This document shows, piece after piece, positions 1-8,770 of a DNA stretch of 32,000 bases; position 1 is the stretch's first letter, and the number at the start of each line of letters is the position of its first letter. This stretch comes from Alkanindiges illinoisensis DSM 15370. GTDB lineage: Bacteria; Pseudomonadota; Gammaproteobacteria; Pseudomonadales; Moraxellaceae. The stretch covers positions 150,001-182,000 of the forward strand of contig NZ_KK211037.1 in NCBI RefSeq assembly GCF_000619845.1, given 5' to 3'. Made by a program: the position numbers and the translations under genes. Under the pieces are notes generated by a model. That model worked only from the letters and a program-made list of their open reading frames with translations, was not told the origin of the DNA and did not search any database.

Positions 1-291
1 ACCACGGAAAATCAGTGCCACCACCATTAAAATAATGGGCAGGTATAGCGCCGACAGCACCGCTGAATACACCAGTGGAAATGCAGCAAACAAGCCAGCA
101 CCGCCCAGCACCATCCAGGTTTCATTGCCATCCCACACCGGAGCCACGGTGTTCATCATGACATCGCGTTCCGGCTGCTGGGGAAAAAATGGAAACAGGA
201 TGCCAATACCCAGATCGAAGCCATCCATCACCACATACATCAGCACGCCAAAGGCAATAATGCCAGCCCAGACCAGTGATAAATCCAGCAT
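1..291 (-). CDS. cydB: cytochrome bd-type ubiquinol oxidase subunit II (CydB/CioB), N-terminal 97 codons only; gene continues past the left edge
   Basis: Absent from the ORF track because there is no stop in the window. Manual reverse translation from the ATG at 291-289 gives MLDLSLVWAGIIAFGVLMYVVMDGFDLGIGILFPFF...VAPVWDGNETWMVLGGAGLFAAFPLVYSAVLSALYLPIIL. This matches CydB N-terminal motifs (DGFDxGxG, APxWDGNxxW). The ATG lies 2 nt after the subunit I stop codon. Confidence 0.85.
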   Translation of the reverse strand, partial: MLDLSLVWAGIIAFGVLMYVVMDGFDLGIGILFPFFPQQPERDVMMNTVAPVWDGNETWMVLGGAGLFAAFPLVYSAVLSALYLPIILMVVALIFRG

Positions 292-293
292 GA

Positions 294-1802
294 TTAGCGC
301 TCCTCATCTGATGGCAGTTTGCGGGGGTCAGTGTTGTCGGTACTGTTGTTAGCCTCTGTTGAGGCGTCAGGTGCTGAGGGACGCGGGGAGGGATTGTCAA
401 CCGGTGCCTCATCGGCAGCAGTCACCGGACGCATCGGCGTTTTGAACTGGCCGGGGCCGCCGGTTTGCTGATCCTGCGCCAATGGCTGCGGCCCTTGGTT
501 GAGCAATTTCAGCATGTAATAAATACCCACGCCAAATACCACACAATACACCACCACAAAAATGATCAGGGTCAGGCCCACTTGTTCGGCACTAACCGGA
601 GATAGCGCATCCTTGGTCCGCAGCACGCCATACACCACCCATGGCTGGCGCCCAACTTCGGTGGTGATCCAGCCAGCCAGCAGGCTCACAAAACCGCTGC
701 CGCCCATCAAAAAGGCAAACCTATGGAAATTCCGGCTGTCATACAGGCGATTCTTGAGGCGTAAATACAGGCTAATAAACCCGAGCAAAATCATCAGCAG
801 GCCAACACCCACCATGATTCGGAAACTCCAGAACACAATCAGGCTGTTGGGGCGATCTTCGGGGGCAAATTCTTTTAAACCTTTGATCTCGCCTTCTAAG
901 GAGTGCGCCAGCAGCAAACTGCCCAGATAAGGCACACCGATGGCATATCTGGTTTCTTCAGCCTGCATATCCGGAATGCCAAACAGCAGCAATTCCATCG
1001 GTTCATGCTTGTTGGTTTCCCAATGTCCTTCAATGGCTGCCAGTTTGGCCGGTTGGTGCTCAAGGGTATTTAAGCCATGCTGGTCACCAATTACAGCCTG
1101 CAAGGGCGCAAGCACCGCAATCAGCCACAACGCCATGGAAAAGGTTTTTTTAATCAGCGCATCACGGCGGCCCTTGAGCAAATGCCAGCCGCCCGCACCG
1201 GCCACCAGTAACGCAGCAACCAGAAAAGCCGCCACCACCATGTGCGCCAGCCGGTACGGGAAGGAGGGATTAAACACAATAGCCCACCAGTCCACCGGAA
1301 CAATCCGGCCACCTTCAATGGCAAAGCCCTGCGGTGTTTGCATCCAGCTATTACTGGACAAGATCCAGAAGGTGGAAATACAGGTGCCAATAGCCACCAT
1401 CAGTGTGGCAAAAAAATGCAGCTTTGGCCCCACCTTGTTCCAGCCAAACAGCATGATGCCCAGAAAGCCGGCTTCCAGAAAAAAGGCGGTCATCACTTCA
1501 TAGGTCAGCAAAGGACCAGTAACTGCCCCGGCAAAGCGGGAAAACTCGCTCCAGTTGGTGCCAAACTGGTAACTCATCACCACCCCGGACACCACGCCCA
1601 TGCCAAAGGCCACGGCAAAAATCTTGATCCAGAAAAAATACAGATCACGATAGACCGGATTTTTGGTTCTCAGCCACGAGGCTTCCAGCACTGCCAGAAA
1701 ACTGGCCAGTCCAATGGAAATGGCCGGAAAGATAATATGAAAGGATACGGTAAAGGCAAACTGTATCCGCGCCAGCTCAAGCGCCGTTAGGCCTAAAGTC
1801 AT
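294..1802 (-). CDS. cydA: cytochrome bd-type ubiquinol oxidase subunit I, short Q-loop (CioA-like), with a ~55-aa low-complexity C-terminal tail
   Basis: 502-aa ORF. N-terminus LELARIQFAFTVSFHIIFPAISIGLA and the multi-TM profile are typical of CydA. GGAGG Shine-Dalgarno 5 nt upstream of the ATG. Immediately followed by cydB. Confidence 0.9.
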   Translation of the reverse strand: MTLGLTALELARIQFAFTVSFHIIFPAISIGLASFLAVLEASWLRTKNPVYRDLYFFWIKIFAVAFGMGVVSGVVMSYQFGTNWSEFSRFAGAVTGPLLTYEVMTAFFLEAGFLGIMLFGWNKVGPKLHFFATLMVAIGTCISTFWILSSNSWMQTPQGFAIEGGRIVPVDWWAIVFNPSFPYRLAHMVVAAFLVAALLVAGAGGWHLLKGRRDALIKKTFSMALWLIAVLAPLQAVIGDQHGLNTLEHQPAKLAAIEGHWETNKHEPMELLLFGIPDMQAEETRYAIGVPYLGSLLLAHSLEGEIKGLKEFAPEDRPNSLIVFWSFRIMVGVGLLMILLGFISLYLRLKNRLYDSRNFHRFAFLMGGSGFVSLLAGWITTEVGRQPWVVYGVLRTKDALSPVSAEQVGLTLIIFVVVYCVVFGVGIYYMLKLLNQGPQPLAQDQQTGGPGQFKTPMRPVTAADEAPVDNPSPRPSAPDASTEANNSTDNTDPRKLPSDEER

Positions 1803-1865
1803 GCTGCCTCCGCAATGCTAAAAATCAATTCATCAAGACCAGAATATAAAAGTCAAAAAATACAG

Positions 1866-1899
1866 ATTGAAATAAAAATTACAGTATTTGTATTTCAAT
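1866..1899. promoter_or_regulatory. 9-bp perfect inverted repeat (ATTGAAATA N16 TATTTCAAT) in the AT-rich cydA / copper-module divergent intergenic region; candidate operator
   Basis: Read directly from the sequence. It sits about 65-95 bp upstream of the cydA start. No known regulator consensus could be assigned. Confidence 0.25.
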
Positions 1900-2161
1900 C
1901 CATACCGCACACTAAAATAATCAGGCTGGCGTGTCCTGACTATTTAAACCATGCCTGTTTAAATGATGTTTAACCGATTTATTAAAATCAGGCTGTTAAT
2001 TTTTGTTTTGCATTATTTAATTATATAAGTGGGCTGATGAATAAACAGGATCAGCTGGTATAAATAAAAGCAGATCAGTTTAAATTGATTAAATTAAAAC
2101 TGTTTAAAAATAGACAAATTTTTTTTTGCGGTTAAACTAGGCTCACTTGATAAATCATGAG

Positions 2162-2725
2162 ATGGTCGTGCAGCGACAACAGGTCGGCTTAATACTGGGT
2201 TTAATGGCCTGGTGTATGCAGCTGGTGGTTTTTGTCCAGCCATTTTTACCGGGTCATAGCGTACCTGGTTTTGGCGTTTGCCAGATCATTATCGATGCGT
2301 TTAGATACTCTCCTTCTGAACAGGCTGCTTCCCACACGCAAGGCCAGTCGCATAGCCAATCCGGACATATGCTGGCTGTTCAAGCTCAGCAATCTCAACA
2401 GCATCAGTCCCAACAGCGCCAGTCAGCTCAGCATTATTTACTTCAACATCATTCGCCTCAACATCAGCATACAATGGCTGATGCGATGGCTGGGCCAGCA
2501 ACGCCAGTCCATACGGTAGATCATCACTTTAGCCATTTGTCCTGTGGCTTTTGCACGCTGTATGGGCACGCTATTCCACCGCCTGATTTGCAGCCCTTCT
2601 GGTCTGCTGCTGCCCTAACGGTTTATGTCACTTTACCGCGCTTTTACTATGCTGCGATTCCAGCCTTAACACCTGATTATATTAATCCGCAAAGTCGTGC
2701 CCCGCCGCCTGATTATATTGCCTAG
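2162..2725 (+). CDS. DUF2946-like protein with N-terminal hydrophobic segment, His/Gln-rich central region and a C-terminal CGFC motif
   Basis: ORF track 2147..2725 uses a TTG start; the first ATG is at 2162 (MVVQRQQVGLILGLMAWCMQLVVFVQPF). It has a hydrophobic N-terminus, a region QAQQSQQHQSQQRQSAQHYLLQHHSPQHQH, then HFSHLSCGFCTLYGHAIPPP. That layout and its position just upstream of a TonB-dependent copper receptor fit my recollection of the DUF2946 family. The start codon is uncertain. Confidence 0.6.
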   Translation: MVVQRQQVGLILGLMAWCMQLVVFVQPFLPGHSVPGFGVCQIIIDAFRYSPSEQAASHTQGQSHSQSGHMLAVQAQQSQQHQSQQRQSAQHYLLQHHSPQHQHTMADAMAGPATPVHTVDHHFSHLSCGFCTLYGHAIPPPDLQPFWSAAALTVYVTLPRFYYAAIPALTPDYINPQSRAPPPDYIA

Positions 2726-2840
2726 CGGTATCACTAAAATTTTATTTAAATAAACTGCCTTTTATAATGAATATAAAAGGCATGGGTTTTATTGATTAAA
2801 TTTTAGGACTCAAGATTATTGGTTAATATATTCTGGATTA

Positions 2841-5156
2841 ATGATGACTCATTTTAATCAGCCGAGCAGCGCTATATCTTTATCAAATGTGACAGTTTTA
2901 AATAGCCCTGCTTTAAAACTGTCAACCATGACATTATCAGTGGCCTGTATTGTTTATGCAGGATTTCATGGCAATCTGGCTCATGCTGACACCTCACCTG
3001 CGGCTACAGATAATGTGGTCACACTGCCATCTGATCAGGTTGCAGCATCGGACGAACTAGGCAGCCCTACGTCATCTTCAGCCATTCCAGATTGCCATCA
3101 CGAAAGTGTGCACAGCGGGCATACAGGTCAAAACTGCGAGCTGGCCCCAATTGTGGTGACGGCCAGCAATCCGCAAAACACGCAGGCGTATCTGATTCAG
3201 GCTGATCCCAAGCAGCCGATTCAGCCCGTGCCTGCCACCGATGGTGCTGATTATCTCAAGCACATTGCCGGTTTTAATGCCATTCGCAATGGCGGCACCA
3301 ATGGCGATGCGGTGTTTCGCGGCATGTTTGGCTCACGCCTGAAAATACTAACCAACGGCAGCGAAATGCTGGGTGCCTGTCCCAACCGGATGGACGCGCC
3401 AACCTCGTATATTGCACCGCAAAACTTTGATGAAATTACCGTGGTTAAAGGCCCACAAACGGTACTGTTCGGTGCGGCATCAGCAGCCACTGTAAACTTT
3501 GCCCGTACGCCTGAACGCCTTGAGCAAGACACCATTACGGGGCAGGCCAGTGCCACCGTCGCATCCAACCAGCGCTTTGACAATGACATTGAAACCATTT
3601 TGGGCAACCAGCAGGGTTCCATTCGCCTGAATGCCAATACTTCACGGTCGGATGATTACAAGGATGGCAATGGTAAAAAAGTACCAGCCAAGTGGCGCAA
3701 GTGGAATGCAGACCTGAGCGCCACCTATACGCCAACCGAGGACAGCTGGATTGAACTAAGCGCGGGCAAGGGCGATGGCGAAGCCCGATATGCAGGCCGT
3801 AGCATGGATGGCAGCCAGTTTTTACGCGAAAGTGTGGGCGTGCGCTTTGCCCAGAACAACCTGTTGCCGTGGCTGCAAAAACTGGAAGGGCAGGTTAACT
3901 ACAACAATGCCGACCACATCATGGACAATTTTACCTTGCGCACACCCAGCCCAATGGATATGGGCGGTGAACACGATCACGATTCTGGTGCAATGGACGG
4001 TATGGACGATTCGGAGGACATGAGCATGGGCAGTATGGATTCGGCCATGGCAATGGAACTGGCACGCAAAACCATCAGTGGCCGTCTGGCAGCTACCCTG
4101 AACTGGCTGGATTACACCCTGGTGAGCGGGCTTGATGCCAGTCACAGCGAACACAAGGGTCGTATGGGCGGGCAATATACCTATAAGGATGCAGTATGGG
4201 ACAAGGATGCCGAATTTGAACAAACCGGAATTTTTGCCGAACTCAGCAAGCCATTAAGTGATAACCGCAAAATCATTACTGGCCTGCGCATTGACCAGCA
4301 TGAGGTCAAATATCTGGCCCATGATGCTGCCACCAATGCCTATCCTACACCTTATGGCAAAACCCGTCGTGAAACTCTGCCCAGCGGGTTTGTCCGGCTG
4401 GAAAACCGTTGGCCTGACCAAAACCTGAATGGCTATGTGGGTGTGGGTCATGTAGCGCGCATGCCGGATTACTGGGAGCTGTTTAGCCCGGTGCATAGTG
4501 GTAGTTCCAGTGCCTTTCTGGGTATCAAGCCGGAACAGACCACCCAGCTGGATCTGGGCTTAACCCATCATGCCGGGCCGTGGAATAGCTGGATTTCTGC
4601 CTACGCGGGCCAGATCAATAACTTTATCCTGATCAGCTATCACCAGCATGCAGGCCACGCAGGCAATAGTGCTGGGGCCAAAAATATTGATGCCAGCATT
4701 GCCGGTGCAGAAGCCGGAACAAGTTATCAATTCACGGATAACCTGACTGCCGACCTCAACGTGGCCTATGGCTGGGGCCGTAATGAGACTGACAACCAGC
4801 CATTGCCGCAGATTGCGCCACTGGATGCGCGCATTGGCCTGACCTACCAGCAGGATCGGTTAAGTGTGGGCACCTTGCTGCGTCTGGTAGACCGGCAGGA
4901 TCGTGTGGCGCTCAATCAGGGCAATATTGTGGGCTATGACCTTGGCAAAAGCAGCGGCTTTGGGGTGTTTTCAGTCAATGCTGCCTATCAGTTTAATCCC
5001 CTGCTAGGCCTCAGCATTGGCGTGGATAACCTGTTTGATAAGACCTACAGTGAACACCTGAACCGTGCGGGTAATTCAGCCTTTGGTTATGCCGCTACCG
5101 AAATCATCAATGAAATGGGGAGAAACTTCTGGGCAAAAGTAACGATTAAGTATTAA
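2841..5156 (+). CDS. oprC: TonB-dependent copper receptor (OprC/NosA-like)
   Basis: 771-aa ORF. TonB-box-like APIVVTAS, plug motifs (GGTNGDAVFRGMFGSR, VVKGPQTVLFG) and a C-terminal beta-barrel ending WAKVTIKY. CxxxM (C180-PNR-M184) and HxM (H359-I-M361) match the copper site described for OprC. An alternative start at M30 (nt 2928) gives a cleaner signal peptide ending AHA. Confidence 0.88.
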   Translation: MMTHFNQPSSAISLSNVTVLNSPALKLSTMTLSVACIVYAGFHGNLAHADTSPAATDNVVTLPSDQVAASDELGSPTSSSAIPDCHHESVHSGHTGQNCELAPIVVTASNPQNTQAYLIQADPKQPIQPVPATDGADYLKHIAGFNAIRNGGTNGDAVFRGMFGSRLKILTNGSEMLGACPNRMDAPTSYIAPQNFDEITVVKGPQTVLFGAASAATVNFARTPERLEQDTITGQASATVASNQRFDNDIETILGNQQGSIRLNANTSRSDDYKDGNGKKVPAKWRKWNADLSATYTPTEDSWIELSAGKGDGEARYAGRSMDGSQFLRESVGVRFAQNNLLPWLQKLEGQVNYNNADHIMDNFTLRTPSPMDMGGEHDHDSGAMDGMDDSEDMSMGSMDSAMAMELARKTISGRLAATLNWLDYTLVSGLDASHSEHKGRMGGQYTYKDAVWDKDAEFEQTGIFAELSKPLSDNRKIITGLRIDQHEVKYLAHDAATNAYPTPYGKTRRETLPSGFVRLENRWPDQNLNGYVGVGHVARMPDYWELFSPVHSGSSSAFLGIKPEQTTQLDLGLTHHAGPWNSWISAYAGQINNFILISYHQHAGHAGNSAGAKNIDASIAGAEAGTSYQFTDNLTADLNVAYGWGRNETDNQPLPQIAPLDARIGLTYQQDRLSVGTLLRLVDRQDRVALNQGNIVGYDLGKSSGFGVFSVNAAYQFNPLLGLSIGVDNLFDKTYSEHLNRAGNSAFGYAATEIINEMGRNFWAKVTIKY

Positions 5157-5222
5157 TTGCTGTCGTGTCATCAGCTTGTCCCACAAAATAAATAAACTGG
5201 CAAGAGGCCGCGAAAGTATTGA

Positions 5223-5248
5223 AACGGTGCAGGGAAGGCACCGTTTTT
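5223..5248 (+). terminator. rho-independent terminator after the copper receptor gene
   Basis: Stem AACGGTGC / GCACCGTT with a 7-nt loop, followed by TTTTT. Confidence 0.7.
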
Positions 5249-5510
5249 GCCTCTGTAAAAGCAGTGGAAAAATGCTGTTAAAAATGCCTGAAAATTGCTG
5301 GTCAAAGGTCTTGTAACGCTGCATAAATACAGGCAAAATCCGCGCTTTACAGGCTGTGTTCTAAAACACTTGAGGCAGCGTGTTAAGATAGTTAAATGAT
5401 TCGTTAGTACTGTGTTGTTTTACTTGAACCTTTTAAGTAAACCCGACATAGTAAAAACTCTTCGCGGCCTAACCATTGGCTACTTTTTGTTTTTCTAATC
5501 GCCGAGTTAA

Positions 5511-6686
5511 ATGCCCATGCGCCTTGAAAACTACTGTTCACCCGAAGAATGGGAAAAGATTCAGGAATTCTCCAAAGACAAGGAGACTCCATTCCTGGTG
5601 GTGGACCTGGAAGTTATTCGCCAAAAATATCAGGAACTGGCGACCTGTTTTCCGACTGCCAAAGTGCATTATGCCCTGAAGGCAAATCCGGGCGCTCCAG
5701 TGGTTAACCTGCTGCGTGAACTGGGTTCAAATTTTGATATTGCATCCATTTTTGAACTCAACCGCGTACTGGAATGTGGTGTAGAGCCAGACCGTATTTC
5801 CTACGGCAACACCATCAAAAAAGCCGCGCATGTGAAGTATGCTTATGACAAGGGCGTGCGCCTGTTTGCCACAGATTCCAAGGCAGATTTGCAAAATATT
5901 GCGGATCAGGCGCCGGGTTCCAAGATTTTTGTGCGTATTCTGGTAGAAGGCGGTGAAACGGCTGAGTGGCCATTGTCACGCAAGTTTGGCTGCCACCCGG
6001 ACATGGCGATTGACCTGTTGGTACAGGCGAAAAATCTGGGTCTGGTTCCTTACGGCATTTCATTCCATGTGGGTAGTCAGCAAAAAGACATCGCGGTATG
6101 GGATGCAGCACTATCCAAAGTTAAATACATGTTTGACTGGATGAAGTTTGAAGAAGACGTTAGCCTCAAGATGATTAACATGGGCGGTGGTTTCCCGGCC
6201 AACTATATTTCTGAGGTTAACCCGATTCAGATTTATGCCGAGGAAATCCTGCGTTACCTGCATGATGACCACGGTGATGACCTGCCGGAAATTATTCTGG
6301 AGCCGGGCCGTTCACTGGTGGGTGAATCAGGTGTGCTGGTGTCTGAAGTGGTGCTGATCTCCCGCAAGTCGCGTACTGACTTGAATCGCTGGGTATATCT
6401 GGATGTTGGCCTGTTTCAGGGCTTGATTGAAACACTGGGTGAAGCGATTAAATATCCAATTTATACCCCAAAAATGGAAGAAAAAGTTCAGGAAGGTACC
6501 GTGGTACTGGCTGGACCTACCTGTGATTCTACCGATATCATGTATGAAAACTCGCACTACCAATTGCCACTTAATCTGGCAGTGGGTGATCGGGTTTATT
6601 GGTTAACTACAGGCGCTTATACCAACTCGTATTCTTCGGTTGAGTTTAATGGCTTCCCGCCTTTAGCTACCTATTATCTGGATTAA
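5511..6686 (+). CDS. type III (alanine-racemase fold) PLP-dependent ornithine/lysine decarboxylase
   Basis: 391-aa ORF with HYALKANP (PLP lysine), FDIAS, GGGFP, EPGRSLVG and PTCDSTD motifs of eukaryote-like ODC/DapDC family enzymes. Similar in size to Pseudomonas SpeC (from memory). Confidence 0.85.
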   Translation: MPMRLENYCSPEEWEKIQEFSKDKETPFLVVDLEVIRQKYQELATCFPTAKVHYALKANPGAPVVNLLRELGSNFDIASIFELNRVLECGVEPDRISYGNTIKKAAHVKYAYDKGVRLFATDSKADLQNIADQAPGSKIFVRILVEGGETAEWPLSRKFGCHPDMAIDLLVQAKNLGLVPYGISFHVGSQQKDIAVWDAALSKVKYMFDWMKFEEDVSLKMINMGGGFPANYISEVNPIQIYAEEILRYLHDDHGDDLPEIILEPGRSLVGESGVLVSEVVLISRKSRTDLNRWVYLDVGLFQGLIETLGEAIKYPIYTPKMEEKVQEGTVVLAGPTCDSTDIMYENSHYQLPLNLAVGDRVYWLTTGAYTNSYSSVEFNGFPPLATYYLD

Positions 6687-6700
6687 TTTCCTGTAATGTT

Positions 6701-6732
6701 AAAAAGCCGTGTCGATTGATGCGGCTTTTTTT
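6701..6732 (+). terminator. rho-independent terminator after the decarboxylase gene
   Basis: AAAAAGCCG ... CGGCTTTTTTT hairpin with a 12-nt loop, 15 nt after the stop codon. Confidence 0.8.
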
Positions 6733-6823
6733 ATGGAGATTTTTCATGCAGCCGTAAAAATTAAAGTATTTACTCTAAAAAAGTAGCATAATTAAAATTC
6801 TAATAATAAGGAAAGGATGCAAC

Positions 6824-8482
6824 ATGACTCAGTCGGTCTATGATTTTGTCATTATCGGTGGTGGTTCAGCAGGCTGCGTGCTGGCTGGTCGCCTCTCGGA
6901 AGACCCCAATGTGTCGGTATGCCTGCTGGAAGCAGGAGGCAATGGCAACAACTGGATGGTCAATACGCCTGCTGCTGCGGTGCTCAGTATTCCCACGCGC
7001 CTGAACAACTGGGCCTTTGAAACCATTGCCCAGCCCGGCTTAAATGGCCGTAAGGGTTATCAGCCCCGTGGCAAGGGACTGGGCGGTTGTTCAGCAATTA
7101 ACGCCATGGTGTATGTGCGTGGTCACCGCGATGACTACGACCAGTGGGCGGCACTGGGCAATACCGGTTGGTCATACGATGAAGTATTACCCTACTTTAA
7201 AAAATCCGAGCACAACGAGCGTATTAATAACGAATTCCACGGCCAGCATGGGCCATTGAATGTAAGCGACCTGCAAACTGACAATCCTTTGCAGCAAACC
7301 TACTTGCAGGCTGCCGAGCAGGCAGGTTATCCCTTAAATGATGACTTTAATGGCGCCACGCAGGAAGGGCTGGGCGTGTATCAGGTGACCCAGAAAAATG
7401 GTGAGCGCTGTAGTGCTGCCCGTGCTTATTTGCTGCCGCATCTGGGCCAGCGTCCCAACCTGCACGTGATTACGCAGGCGTCGGCTACCCGCATTTTAAT
7501 TGAAAACAACCGCGCTACTGGCGTTGAATACCGCCAGCAGAAAAAACTGCATACCGTGCAGGCACGCTGTGAAGTGCTGCTGTCCGCCGGGGCGTTCCAG
7601 TCGCCACAAATTTTAATGCTGTCCGGCATTGGCGCGCGTGCCGAGCTTGAGCAGCATGGCATCAAGGTCGTGAAAGACTTGCCGGGTGTGGGCAAAAACC
7701 TGCACGATCACCCCGACTTTATTTTTGGCTATAAGGTTAAACTGATTGGCGGTACGTTTGGCCTATCACCTGCGGGCACGTTTGACCTGATGAAACAACT
7801 GCGTCTGTATCGCAGCAATCGCCGTGGCCTGATTTCTACCAACTTTGCCGAGTGTGGCGGATTCTTAAAAACCCGGCCTGAGCTGGACAAGCCCAACCTG
7901 CAACTGCATTTTGTGGTGGCACTGGTGGATAACCATGCGCGCACCATGCATGGCGGTCATGGCATTTCCTGTCATGTGTGCCTGCTTAATCCGCGCAGTC
8001 GCGGTTCGGTGCAAATTAGCGGGCCAAGCATTGATGACCCCATCCTGATTGACTTCAAGTTTCTGGAAGATGAACAGGACATGCAGGACATGGTGGACGG
8101 TTTTAAGGTCACCAAAAAACTGATGGATGCTCCGGCATTTGCCCCCATCATCAAGCAGGATATTTTTTCCGGGCATGTTAAAACCGATGACGACATTCGT
8201 GAGTTACTGCGCCAGCGCGTTGATACCGTGTATCACCCGGTCGGTAGCTGCAAGATGGGCATTGATGGCATGGCCGTGGTTGATCCCGAGCTGAAAGTAT
8301 ACGGCATTGATGGCCTGCGTGTGGTGGATGCCTCGGTAATGCCGAACGTGGTCAATGGCAATACCAATGCACCGACCATTATGATTGCAGAAAAAGCGGT
8401 GGACATGATTCGGGCAAGCCATCAGGCGCGATTTGCTGATGATGCGGATAAAGTGAGCATTGCGGAAGTGGTGTATGCCTGA
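6824..8482 (+). CDS. GMC family FAD-dependent oxidoreductase (choline/alcohol dehydrogenase-like, AlkJ/BetA type)
   Basis: 552-aa ORF. N-terminal YDFVIIGGGSAGCVLAGRLSEDP Rossmann motif, GMC signature GKGLGGCSAINAMVY, and C-terminal HPVGSCKMG active-site region. AAGGAAAGGA Shine-Dalgarno. Confidence 0.9.
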   Translation: MTQSVYDFVIIGGGSAGCVLAGRLSEDPNVSVCLLEAGGNGNNWMVNTPAAAVLSIPTRLNNWAFETIAQPGLNGRKGYQPRGKGLGGCSAINAMVYVRGHRDDYDQWAALGNTGWSYDEVLPYFKKSEHNERINNEFHGQHGPLNVSDLQTDNPLQQTYLQAAEQAGYPLNDDFNGATQEGLGVYQVTQKNGERCSAARAYLLPHLGQRPNLHVITQASATRILIENNRATGVEYRQQKKLHTVQARCEVLLSAGAFQSPQILMLSGIGARAELEQHGIKVVKDLPGVGKNLHDHPDFIFGYKVKLIGGTFGLSPAGTFDLMKQLRLYRSNRRGLISTNFAECGGFLKTRPELDKPNLQLHFVVALVDNHARTMHGGHGISCHVCLLNPRSRGSVQISGPSIDDPILIDFKFLEDEQDMQDMVDGFKVTKKLMDAPAFAPIIKQDIFSGHVKTDDDIRELLRQRVDTVYHPVGSCKMGIDGMAVVDPELKVYGIDGLRVVDASVMPNVVNGNTNAPTIMIAEKAVDMIRASHQARFADDADKVSIAEVVYA

Positions 8483-8625
8483 GTATTTTTATCTGGTAGC
8501 TGTCACTGCAAGTACCCGGTAAACGGCATGATCACTGCGGTGCGGGATGATTGACCATCCGGCACCGGCAGTTCTTTATTATTCAATATATAAATGTTCA
8601 GTAAACTTCTTCCAAAAGTATGATT

Positions 8626-8678
8626 TCGCCATGGTTCGACAAGCTCATGCCGAGGCCTGGTCGAAATGGTCGACGGCA
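8626..8678. repeat. extragenic palindromic repeat, copy A of the GACARGCTC-core family
   Basis: CCATGGTTCGACAAGCTCATGCCGAGGCCTGGTCGAAATGGTCG. The arms CCATGGTTCGAC / GTCGAAATGG pair imperfectly. The core TTCGACAAGCTCA is shared with the copies at 18529-18634 and 19975-20047. It lies between convergent genes. Confidence 0.6.
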
Positions 8679-8770
8679 AGTTAAGCAATTATGAAAGAAG
8701 TCTATTGTGTCAGGCACATTTTAAGGCAAAGCACTCAGCACAAACAATTCGTTCAAGCCTTGTAATAGGG

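Noticed and set aside
940-1790. Long plus-strand ORFs (187 aa and 182 aa) antisense to cydA.
   Set aside because: They overlap a confidently identified membrane-protein gene. Their translations are low-complexity and rich in Pro, Arg and Lys with no motifs. These are typical shadow ORFs of a GC3-biased gene.
2232-2519. Alternative-frame and antisense ORFs (95 aa plus strand, 66 aa minus strand) inside the His/Gln-rich region.
   Set aside because: They arise from the cag/caa/cat low-complexity repeat, which stays open in several frames. Only the frame with the hydrophobic N-terminus and the CGFC end looks like a protein family.
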